DNA from: Camelus ferus
Taxonomy: Eukaryota
Direction: 5' to 3'
Assembly: GCF_009834535.1 (NCBI RefSeq)
Contig: NC_045697.1
Location: forward strand, 49,478,001-49,542,000
DNA length: 64,000 bases
The position numbers and the translations under genes were made by a program. Under the pieces are notes generated by a model. That model was given only the letters and a program-made list of their open reading frames with translations. It was not told where the DNA came from and made no database searches. Shown one piece after another: positions 1 through 10,199 of this stretch (its first letter is position 1; each line of letters begins with the position of its first letter).

Positions 1-584
1 GGAAACTGAATCTCTTTTTCTCTGGTAGGTCATATGCCTGGCTAAGAATCTGGGGTTTTACGACAAAGGAAGAAAGGAATAAGAATATCGGGGAGGGGTA
101 TGCAGCCTGCAGTCTCTGCCAGACTTGGCGAGGTGGTCATCACTTAAGTGATTAGACCCAGCTCAGCATTCTCACACACAGATATTTCTAATCTTGATTC
201 TACCATTAAATATATTTGAGTTCAATTGACAAATATATGGTCTTAACATCCTCTGTTCATACCCCTACTTAATAATCTTAAGTATCACTTTGGTTCCAGG
301 CACTGGGGAAACAGAAGAGAACAAGACAGCTTGGATTTCAGTCCTCATGAGATTCTCACTCCTTTGAAACAGTGTTTGCTATTCCTGGGAGGGGGCTGTT
401 AAAAATAATAAAATATATCTGACAGTATAGCAGATGCCTTTGGGGCTGTGAATTACAGTTTCATGATCAAAACACTGAGAACAAATAGAGGACTTGGTAA
501 TGCAAATATTTACATGGCTAATAAAGGGTATGTTACATGCATCTTGACAGCTGATTTTCCTGGGTCCTGGATAGAAATGACTAC

Positions 585-758
585 CCAGAACTTTCCAGCC
601 CTGGCTCTACTTTAAAATCATCTGTGGACCTTAAATACACCAAAGTCCCACCTCAGACCAACTGAACTGACATTTTTGATGGTGGGAGGAACAAGAGCAT
701 CAGCATTTTTAAAATGCCTGGGATGGTTCTAATATGTAGCCAGGTTTAAGAACTGTGA
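585..758. mobile_element. MER5-like hAT DNA transposon remnant
   Basis: Degenerate similarity to recalled MER5A/B motifs (cccacctcagacc...ttctaatatgtagccaggtttaagaac); boundaries approximate. Confidence 0.5.
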
Positions 759-784
759 CTCTGCATAGATTCTCAGAAGTACCA

Positions 785-1085
785 TCGCCCCTCGGTATCG
801 TGGGGATTGGTTCCAGGACCCCTGCAGATACCAAAATCTGAGGATGCTCAAGTCCTTTATATAAAATGGCCTAGTATTTGCATATAACCTACACACATCC
901 TCCCTGTATACTTTAAATCATCTCTAGATTACTTATAATACCTAATACAATATAAATGCTAGGTAAATAGTTGTTATACCTTATTGTTTAGGAAATAAAA
1001 CAGAAAAGTCTGTACAGGAATTATATCACAATAAAGGTGTTTTTTAAAAAGTCTATACATATTCAGTACAGAGGCAACCATCATT
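785..1085 (+). mobile_element. MER2 (TcMar-Tigger family) non-autonomous DNA transposon
   Basis: Close match to recalled MER2 consensus: ccctcggtatc...ggattggttccaggaccc...gtatttgcatataacctac...tttaaatcatctctagattacttataatacctaatac. Confidence 0.8.
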
Positions 1086-2429
1086 GGCCTAATACATGTC
1101 AGCAACAAAATAACATTTTCTTTCTTTCAAATCTTACAGATGCTTTTGTTTAGTGAACTGAAAGAGAGACACAAAGAATAAAACACAGAATATTTAAAAT
1201 ACAAGTACACACAAAATATAATTATAAACAGAGAAAATATAAACTCATTCCCTCTCTCTCACACACACACACACAGTGCTAACACTCACCAGAACCCTGG
1301 TTCTTCTGTCTTGATAACCTTAGCATGACGATGTGACAACGGCTGTCTGGCGCCTATAGTGCCGAGCTGGTGAGGCAGCCGATGTGTGACAGGTAGGTAA
1401 GCCATGAGATGTGAGGCTCCTTTAAACCTTCTGACAGTACACCAGCAGGATCATCTAAGTGAGAGGAACCGGGTTCTGATTCAGACATTGACACATTGAC
1501 GCTTTGGAGGAGGCTCAATAGCGCTATCAGGACCCACTCTTGGAAGCCATTGCCTTTATCTGTCCTTAAAGGTTCATGCATCGATCAAACATTGACTTGA
1601 TGAAGGGTTATTCTTGAGAGTTAACCCTGCAGCACTCGCACCTGTTGAAAAACCTGCTACGTGTTTTTTCAAGCACCCAGATGAACAAACCCATTTCTTG
1701 CAAGTCTTCAACTTTTAACCAGTACTTTTAGTGTAGGTTAGGCTTAGATGCTCTATCCAATACTCCTCTTTTAACACACCCACCCACGTGTGCTACCAGT
1801 CATCCTAGTTGACTACTGCCTGCCACTGCTTACCTTCATATTTCCAACACTCCACACATACGGTAACTTTCTTCAAGGCAAGCTCTAGACCATCACTTAC
1901 AAAAAGAAAGACTTCTTCAAACTGTAAAATCCAGAGAATATTTTGGATCCCAGAATATTTGCAAAAATCATAGATACATGTACGATGGGAACAAGGCTAG
2001 CAGACACTGTGCTCATTTACATATTTCAAGCCCCTTTTAGTGACGTCATTCCATAGCTCATGCCACATTTTTCTGCAGGTTTTACTGATGTAGTATGCTG
2101 AATAATGGCCCACGAAAAATGTCCACATCCCAATCTCTGGAACCTGTGTGTTACTTGGTGGGAAAAAAACTTGGTAGGTGTGATTTAAGAGTTGAGATGG
2201 AGAGACAAAGGTTCCCTTTTCTCCATATCCTTGCCAACATTTGTTATTTGTGTTTTTGATGATGGCCATTCTGACAGGTGCGAGATATCATGATTTTGAT
2301 ATGCATTTCCCTGATATTAGTGATGTTGATGTTCCTGCTGGCCATCTGCATTTCCTCTTTTGGAAAAATGTTCAGTTCTTCTCATGGGTGCGTTGGTTGG
2401 TTGCTTTTTAATTGAAATACAGTTGATAT

Positions 2430-2843
2430 TGTGAAGGAAAAGCTGGGCTGGTCTAACAAGATAACTAACAAGTCTAAGTATTGGAATACTGATCTGAGTT
2501 GTGCTGGACTAACTTGTAAATCTAAATTAATTAGTGTTGGTTTGCTGTTTATGTGTTTTTGCTAGCCAGCTGGATTTTCAAAGATACATATCTGGCTTTG
2601 GAATGTTGGTTTCCTGCCTCCCCACCTCCACTTTTGTAATGATAATGCTGCTAAAGCTGTTCTATGCCTATTGGCCAAATACCCCAAGCTTGTACTTTAC
2701 CCTATAAAACCTCACGCGCATGTCTTGGAGGTGCTCAGAGCTTCGGAGCAGAAGCCCCTCTGAGCCCACTGGCGTAATACATCTGAGTACTCCAACCCTC
2801 CGAGTGGTGCTTGTTTCTTGACTGGCCTGTCATTTCCGTAACA
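2430..2843 (+). mobile_element. Solo ERV LTR (ERV1-like)
   Basis: TG...CA termini, 4-bp TSD ATAT (2426-2429, 2844-2847), internal CTATAAAA TATA box near 2703. Confidence 0.8.
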
Positions 2844-2849
2844 ATATCA

Positions 2850-3400
2850 ACTACATGTGGAATCTAAAACATACAACGGAGGTAGTGAATATAACAAAAG
2901 AGACTCAGATGTAGAAAAGAAACTAGTGGTTACCAGTAGGGAGTGGGAAGCAGATTAAAAGGTATAAACTAACAGGTATAATACAAGCTACAAAATTGCC
3001 AAGGGGGAGGGGAGTGGGAAGGGACAGGGGGATTTCAAAATGTAGAATAGATAAACAAGATTATACGGTATAGCACAGGGAAATGTATACAAGATCTTGT
3101 GGAAGCTCACAGCCCGGGTGTAGGGGCAGCGACAATGAATATATGTATGGTTATGTATAACTGCATAATTATGCTCTACAGTGGAATTTAACACATTATA
3201 AAATAAATATAACAATAAAAAAAATTTTTTTAAAGTTTATAAGCTACAAGGATATATTGCACAACCCAGGGAACACAGCCAATATTTTGTAACTATAAAC
3301 AGCATATACAATCTTTAAAATTATAAATCACTATATTATACATACACGCCTGCAGCAGACTACTGTATACCAACTATACTGAAGTTTTAAAAACATTGTA
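2850..3400 (+). mobile_element. L1 3'-end fragments (nested)
   Basis: L1 3' UTR motifs (tgtggaatctaaaa, actagtggttaccag, tatagcacagggaa, aactatact) with A-rich tails. Confidence 0.7.
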
Positions 3401-3566
3401 AAGCAAACGCACAAGTACTACGAAATAACAATTACCCGTTGAGGTTTCGTATAATCACGTAAGCCCTCTAAAAAAAAAAAAAAAAAAGCTCGCGATCACA
3501 AAACCTATATCGAGTAAGCTATCTCACAAGCCAGAACAAAACTACTGACAAAGCACATTAAATTTT

Positions 3567-3579
3567 TCTTATATTAAAC
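3567..3579 (-). terminator. snRNA 3' box (Integrator processing signal)
   Basis: GTTTAATATAAGA starts 11 nt downstream of the U1 3' end and resembles the GTTT-N-AA-N-AGA 3' box; no poly(A) tail. Confidence 0.75.
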
Positions 3580-3590
3580 AACATAAAAAT

Positions 3591-3754
3591 CAGGGGAGAG
3601 CGCGAACGCAGTCCCCCACTACCACAAATTATGCAGTCGAGTTTCCCACATTTGGGGAAATCGCAGGGGTCAGCACACCCGCAGTGCAATGGGTGAGCCT
3701 CGCCCTGGGAAAACCACCTTCGTGATCATGGTATCTCCCCTGCCAGGTAAGTAT
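3591..3754 (-). ncRNA. RNU1: U1 spliceosomal snRNA (164 nt, variant stem-loop II)
   Basis: Reverse complement reads ATACTTACCTGGCAGGGGAGATACC...AATTTGTGG (Sm site)...CGCTCTCCCCTG; 5 differences from human U1 as recalled. Confidence 0.97.
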
Positions 3755-3795
3755 GAGTTGATGTTATTCCCCGGCACCTAACCATCGAATTCAAG

Positions 3796-3818
3796 TCACT
3801 CTTAACATAGGATCACTT
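3796..3818 (-). promoter_or_regulatory. U1 proximal sequence element (PSE)
   Basis: AAGTGATCCTATGTTAAGAGTGA at -64..-42, similar to the human U1 PSE (AAGTGACCGTGTGTGTAAAGAGTGA as recalled). Confidence 0.75.
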
Positions 3819-3962
3819 TTCTTATGTAGCCTCTAGACACCCTTATTTCTGGAATAAAGAGTTTCCAAGCGATATTTTCATGTAGCAATATTTTTATATC
3901 TGAAGGTTGCCAAAATCTTAGGAAATGTATGTGTAGCGCGGGCATGACCAGCAGTCACTGCA

Positions 3963-3974
3963 CTCATCTACATA
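3963..3974 (-). promoter_or_regulatory. U1 distal sequence element (DSE) octamer
   Basis: TATGTAGATGAG with the octamer at -219..-212, the variant ATGTAGAT octamer recalled for human U1 DSE, at canonical spacing. Confidence 0.75.
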
Positions 3975-6900
3975 TTCCCCACCCCTTTTGTTACCTCATT
4001 TAATTCCTCCTTTTCCTATATTGTTAGCCGTGCAGTTCCAGTAAGACTTAGGTTAAGACGCTCAACAGATTTAAAGACAAACAACATAAATTAGCGCCTT
4101 CCTTCAAGGGTTTGGAGCGAATGACGTTGCTGTGCTATCTGGCGCAGTTCAGCAAGTCGCTCTTCACGTAACTTAAAAGAGCAAGTCTGAAAAGACGAAG
4201 TCTGACAGAACTACGCTTGAAAATCCAGTGCTTGTAGTGATAAAAATAGGCTGTCAGTTTAAAGCTTCGCGCACAACTACAAAACATGCTCTATTTCAAA
4301 TATGTGGCAAATGATCTCTCTTAACCTGAAAGGTTGGTTGCATAAACAATAATTCTAACTTTGAACCGAGCAAACGGGGGCAAAGCTCACGCAGCGCCCC
4401 CTCCTCCACACAGACATTTGGAGAAGTCGCTGAAGTTGATGGTCCTCCAACGCTGGAAACCAGCTTCCTGATCAGTCTTTCCCCTCGCAAGCAAGAATAA
4501 GTTGTATTTTGATAAACCCTCCGGTGCTCAACACTACAAGCACAGGGACACGCATTTCCTTTTTCACGGGGCCGTTGAAATCTGGAACAAGACTGCTGGA
4601 GAATCCATCCTGCAGAAACTCCTGAGCCCTCCTAGACCCATATTAGACTCCGAAAAGAGCACATCGTGTCTCAGGCAATGGTTAATAATTCACATTGCCA
4701 CGTCCACATCATAAGTATTATCGGTCTTCCCCATCCTCTCCTCCTCTTTTCACTGTGAATTAGAATTGGAGTTTCCAAGTTTACCTGTTCTCCGAGACCA
4801 CACTAGAACCAGGACTCTTCTGGTATTCTCTCCTTGGCCAAAATAAATTAGCCAGATTTGTATTTTTTTAAAACAGGAAGAAATAATGCTGTTTTTAAAA
4901 TCTTATTAAAGATTAACAAGCCATAACTGAGAACGCAAGGTGTCTGAGGTGGGGAGAGACAAATATTGAGGCGAGATGGGAGGGGACTCTGTGATGTGGC
5001 TGCCACTATTCCCGAAATCTGACCTTTGACAGTCTACCGGTTTGATTTTTTACAGACTATCTCCTCCAAAGAAAGAAATATAATGTAAAAATACGTATTA
5101 CACGTAAATACATCTACAGAACATGTACATATATGTAGATGTAATCTATAAGCAAAATATTTACATTTTGTTTTGTGAAATAAAGGTTAAGATACCTGGA
5201 AATCTGGTTGGGAAGCACGCATGTAAGGGAAAAACATGATGTCTATACTCTGTGCTGTTACCACCAACAACTCTTACATCCAAAGTGCCATTTTCAGATT
5301 TGTGACCAGTGGTGCTTTCTTCAACAAGTAACAGAGCTGTTAAAGAGCCCTCAGTCTTACAAGGTGAGTTTCAATATTTCACAAGACTGTCACTGTTATT
5401 GGCCTAGTCATCAAAATTTTTGTCTAAGACAGTCTGCCTCAGGGCAAGGAGGTGACTGTCTTCCACTCTCTTGCAGCTCAAGCAGGTTAAGAATAGCATT
5501 AGTACTACAGTCCTCACACAAGCCCGGCAGACCTGAATGTCCTTTGAGGATAGCCACATCTGACTAGGAAAATGTAAGGAAACATATGTGTTTAATACCA
5601 ATGTAAGTTAGCACAGAGAAAGTGGGGAAGATTCTTAGTCATTTCACAAAGGTTGAAAATCTCTTGCCGAAACCAAAGACATAATAATCTCACAGATTGA
5701 TCTCACTTACAAATCGCAAAACTCTTCACGAAATCTATAAAATCGTTATGAACTGAAGCTAGTAGGGTATTAAAAGAACACATGCAATAGCTAAATAGGT
5801 TTTGCAGCAGGAATATGGGACTGAAGTACATGTAAGTGTATTGTACATGTGTGCAGGATACAAGTTTGCGCTCTAGAAATCTGTTGGAAGAACTTCCCTT
5901 GCGGCCTGTGTGTGTGTCCACTTTCTGGTACATTTCTGTGTGCCCACCAAGTGTAACACTGGAGCTGTGTGTTTTTCTGGCATTTATAGGAAGCAACATA
6001 GGAAATGAGAAGCAAGTATTGCTCACCTCTTGAAGCGGAAGAATTTTTACCATTAACACCATTTTGATTGTAAATCTCTGAATAACAGTAAATCAACTAT
6101 ACCTCAATAAAAAATAAAATAAAATAAAGAAATGACAGGTCTAACACTTTGCAGTAGCTACAAAGTCATATTAATTAATAGAAACATATATCAGCAAATA
6201 ATATGTTTTATCAAATATAAAAAATATACAATGATTTGATAGATTTTTTTGGCATTTAAAATCCCGAGTGAACCTCCTAATAAGAAAAAAAAATGAAGTT
6301 ACTAAAAGTATAAAATTTGATGACCCAATAAATGTATTTGCAGAAAATTGAGCATAGAAAATCCTAATGATTAATCAAGATATCACATTAGCAAGTTATT
6401 GTGTTATAGAAAATTATGACACCAAAATGCTGTTTTTCGTTTGTAAGTTATGCTGATACTCATGTATCTTTCTTACCCCTATTATGTTTTATAATTAATA
6501 AAATATTTGTAAAGGAAAAAAAAATCTTTGAATAACAAAGGGATATCTGAGGCGAAGGCCAGCACAGAAGATGGGATGTAACTTGGGTTCATTTAATTAG
6601 AATTTGACGTGGGCCTTGCATTTTTCTCTGACAACAACGGTAGGTTTTTATTTTGAAAAGAATAACACTGACACACAGAACATTTCAAATGTCTCTTGTC
6701 TACTAGATTTGGTTCTGTCTCTGTGGGGTTCTCTGACAGTGAGGAATTCACGGTCTGTGCATCTGTGTACCTGTGTACCGTACCCGCGGGCTCACCCAGC
6801 TTCTGAAGTGCACGCTCCCTCCAGCCTCTGTATAATTATGTGCAGGAGGGGCATGTGGTTGGCTGCAAAGCCAGGGGTAAGCAATTCTCTCAAAACCGAA

Positions 6901-7039
6901 TCCTGAAGACAGACTTTGCTCCCCTACCTGACATCATGTTTTGTAAGACAACTAGTCTAGAAAACACACAAAGCCACAGAATTCTTTACCAGGGGCATTT
7001 TGTGGGGTCAAGAGAATGCCTGGTTGGTGTTGCTTTCTG

Positions 7040-7081
7040 ATGGAGCCTCCTGCCTGTCTTAGCGCGCTCCGGCGGCGGCAG
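7040..7081 (+). other. 3' part of candidate exon 1 of the small secreted-protein gene (5' UTR or in-frame extension MEPPACLSALRRRQ)
   Basis: Consensus donor CAG|gtaagt at 7082 after a GC-rich patch; ATG at 7040 is in frame with exon 2; TSS not determinable. Confidence 0.5.
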
Positions 7082-7399
7082 GTAAGTCTTGAGGGGCCCA
7101 AAGGGAGATGCTTACCCTCTGATTTATTAATTTATGGATTCAGGGCTTAGTCAACCTTCGGGCATCAGATAGAGTGGGAGCTATTTCGGGGGATGTGGCA
7201 ACATGAGATGGTCCCTGGGGTTGAGTGGTATGTCTGTGTCTTGGGGGTGCACAGCAGGACCCAGTGGAGTAGAAAGAGATTTTAAAATTTTTATATACTT
7301 CAAACTGTTTTTTGTTTGTTTTAATTAAAAATTTTTTAATTTATTTTTTATTTTAGGGGGTTAATTAGGTTTCTCTGTGTATTTATTTATTTATTTTTC

Positions 7400-7469
7400 T
7401 AATGAAGGTACTGGGGACTGAAGGCAGGACCTCATGCATGCTAAGTATGCGCACTACCCCTGAGCTATA
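7400..7469 (-). mobile_element. tRNA-derived SINE (Vic-1 type, camelid)
   Basis: Reverse complement tatagctcagggg...tagcatgcatgaggtcctg...cagtccccagtacc; A-rich tail toward about 7330. Confidence 0.75.
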
Positions 7470-7917
7470 GAATTTTTATATTCTTAAATCCCATACTTTA
7501 AAATTTATTTTTAGTGAGTTCTATAATGTAATACTGTATATGCAGTAGAACATGCTTAAAACTGATAAATGATAAATATATATGTATATATATGTATATA
7601 GAGTACACACTCAAAATTTTTTACTGATGAAATGCATGATAAAAAAGATTTCCAGTCAGTCCAGCTGTTGTCCTGCATCAATACAGAAGGCTGAGTAGTG
7701 GAGGGGAATGGTCTGCTATCAGGAGTGCCGGTCAGGGATGTGCCAGAGGAAAACCCTAGACTTCATGGGAAAATAAAAGTAGACAGTCTCACTGTGCAGG
7801 ACAGGAAGGCAGCTCCCAGACGCAGCAGTACCCCGGCACCACCCCAGCACCTGGAACTGTACCATCTATAGACAAAGGGGCCTGAAGAGCAAGTCTTGGG
7901 AGCAGTACAGCAGGCCT

Positions 7918-8069
7918 GTGTCTTAGCTTGGCCTCCCATAACAAAACACCGTAGATCAGGTAGATTAAGCAGCAGACATTTATTTCTTACAGTTCTGGAG
8001 TCTGGGCATGTCGGGCTCTGGTGAGGGCTCTCAGCCTGCAGACAGCCACTTCTTGCCGTTTGTTCACAT

Positions 8070-8113
<44 letters not shown>

Positions 8114-8322
8114 GAGATTGAGAGAGAGAGAGAGAACAAGTAAGCTCTCTGGTCTCTTCTTATAAGAGCACTAATCTTTTCATGAATATCCCAGCCTCAG
8201 GACCTCATCTAAACCTAATTATTTCCCAAAGGTCCAGGTGTAAACATTATTACATTGGAGCAGGTGGGGTAGGGCTTCAGCATATGCATTTGGGGGTGGG
8301 GGAACACAGTACAGCCTATCAT
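7918..8322. mobile_element. MaLR (MLT1-type) LTR with internal (GA)n microsatellite
   Basis: MLT1 motifs (catttatttcttacagttctggag, ctcttcttataag, acctcatctaaacctaatt); GA repeat at about 8074-8134. Confidence 0.7.
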
Positions 8323-9423
8323 AGCCTAAGGACTTGGGTTGGAATCCTGATCTTCATTTCACAGCCAGGACTTTGGGCAAATTATTTAGCTTCACTGTGT
8401 CTCAGTTTCCTCATATGTAAGATAGAAATAGAAACACTAGTTCCTGCCTCAGGATGCTGTTGTGAGAGTGAACAAATACAGTTAAAGAACTTGGACAAGT
8501 GTCTGCAGCATGGCAAGTGTGAGGTATAGTAGAAGTTATTTTCACATTAGCTATTATTATCCAGTGAGATGGGGGCAAACAAAAACACTTAATTAGGTGA
8601 AAGCTGAGCTCTGCATCTGGACCCAACCCGAGTGCCCACCTTAGCCAGGTCAACATTACTGGTGCATCTCCAGTGGGTCCTGGAGCCGGCTGCAGAGTCA
8701 CCTGCCACCCTGTGGAGTCAGACTCCCTGGAAAATATCTCAAGGGGCTCTGTGCATGGAGATTAAATGTATTTAATGCCTGGGATGCAGTTGGGATGATG
8801 TAGATCAAGATGCAGTCAGGACCTTAGTGGCATCAAAGCTTGATTTTCTAGGACACATACAACCATTATGGATTCTCTCAGCACATTTTTAATGAGTAAC
8901 CACTGTGAGTAAGGGATAAAGCAGTAAGCAGTGGAGGCAGAAATCCACTCCTTTTATTTAATCTCTTAAATGGACTATGAATTCTTCACAGCCAGACCTT
9001 TATTTATCTCTGTTTGGTGCCCAGCTCAGAGCATGGAAGTAGTAATAAAAGCTAAAAACTTACAGAGGGCTGCCCGTGTTCCATGCACTATTTTAAATGC
9101 TTCATGTGCACTTCTGCATCCATATTTTATAACCACCCTTGAAATAGCCTTTAGTATTATCCCAATTTTATAGATGAGAAGAATGAGGCCCAAAGAGGCT
9201 AAGTAGTTTGCCCCAGGTCACACAGCTAGCAAGTGTCAAAGTCAGGATTTCACACCCAGCCTGCTCCATCCAGCACCTCTGTGCTTTACTGCTTCCACAG
9301 TACACCATTGGTGTTAAATAGATAAGGGAAAAACAGAATGGTCAAGACATCATCTGCATATATACAAGCACATGTTAATTTCTGTGAATAAAAATGTTTC
9401 ACTTGTGCTTCCAGCACCTCAGC

Positions 9424-9480
9424 ATGTCCCAGCATGTGAGTCTTCTGGTCTTTCTCCTTGGAGTTCTCACCTCTCAGATG
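9424..9480 (+). CDS. Candidate small secreted protein, exon 2 coding part (MSQHVSLLVFLLGVLTSQM)
   Basis: Acceptor cttccag| (exon starts 9415), ATG with A at -3, hydrophobic core LLVFLLGVL, donor ATG|gtgagt at phase 0. Confidence 0.65.
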
Positions 9481-10159
9481 GTGAGTAGCCCCTGATGTGT
9501 TCCTACTTCTTCCCCTTCCAGGGCTTCTAGATTTTCCTGTTGAAACACAAAGTCACATGACATCTGATTTCCCATACTCTGGACATAAGATTGACAATGT
9601 GATTCTTTTTTCCCCATTGTTACATCCTTTTATATCTATTTCCCTCTTTCAAGAAAGGATATCATTTCACTTATGTTAAAATGAAGGTACTTAAGGGTAA
9701 CTTCAGAATCAATAAATTTTCAGAAGTGATGTTTAAGTTACTGACTCTAAGGCAGGAAGAGAGAGAGACTAAATTGGTTAAGGAGAAGGTCCTTCTGCTC
9801 AGAAATAGCTCCACAACACATCCTACCTAGGAAAATAGTTACATTTAACTTTTTGTTTTAAGATGGAGCGAGAAGAGCCCATAGGTACAGAGGAAGTTGG
9901 AAAAGAATGACAGAGATCTGATTCAGAGTCTCCAATGTGCTGCTTACTTTGCCTGAAATATTTTTTCCTTCCACCCCACCCCGGAGCAGCGCTCCTCTTC
10001 CCCCAACACCTCTTAACTGCTAGTCATCCCTAAGAGCACTTCCCTGACCCTCCCTCCCCACCCCCAGGAAAGTCGGATCCTCCCAGACGCACTCCTGCAT
10101 TCCCTGCTCTTCTTTGTAGCGCTTCTAACCATCCTAACCGAATAATCCATGCTGTACTT

Positions 10160-10199
10160 AGACGAGATCGGGCACGTTCAGGGTGGTATGGCTGTAGAC
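10160..10199 (-). pseudogene. 5S rRNA 5'-fragment retropseudogene (tailless)
   Basis: GTCTACAGCCATACCACCCTGAACGTGCCCGATCTCGTCT matches the first 40 nt of 5S with 2 mismatches; 15-bp TSD-like direct repeats. Confidence 0.85.

Noticed and set aside
1354..1581. 75-aa minus-strand ORF with a hydrophobic stretch
   Set aside because: No recognisable homology or exon context; adjacent to transposon remnants
5208..6096. Cluster of overlapping 65-119 aa ORFs
   Set aside because: Several have non-ATG starts, and none shows homology or splice context; typical of random ORFs
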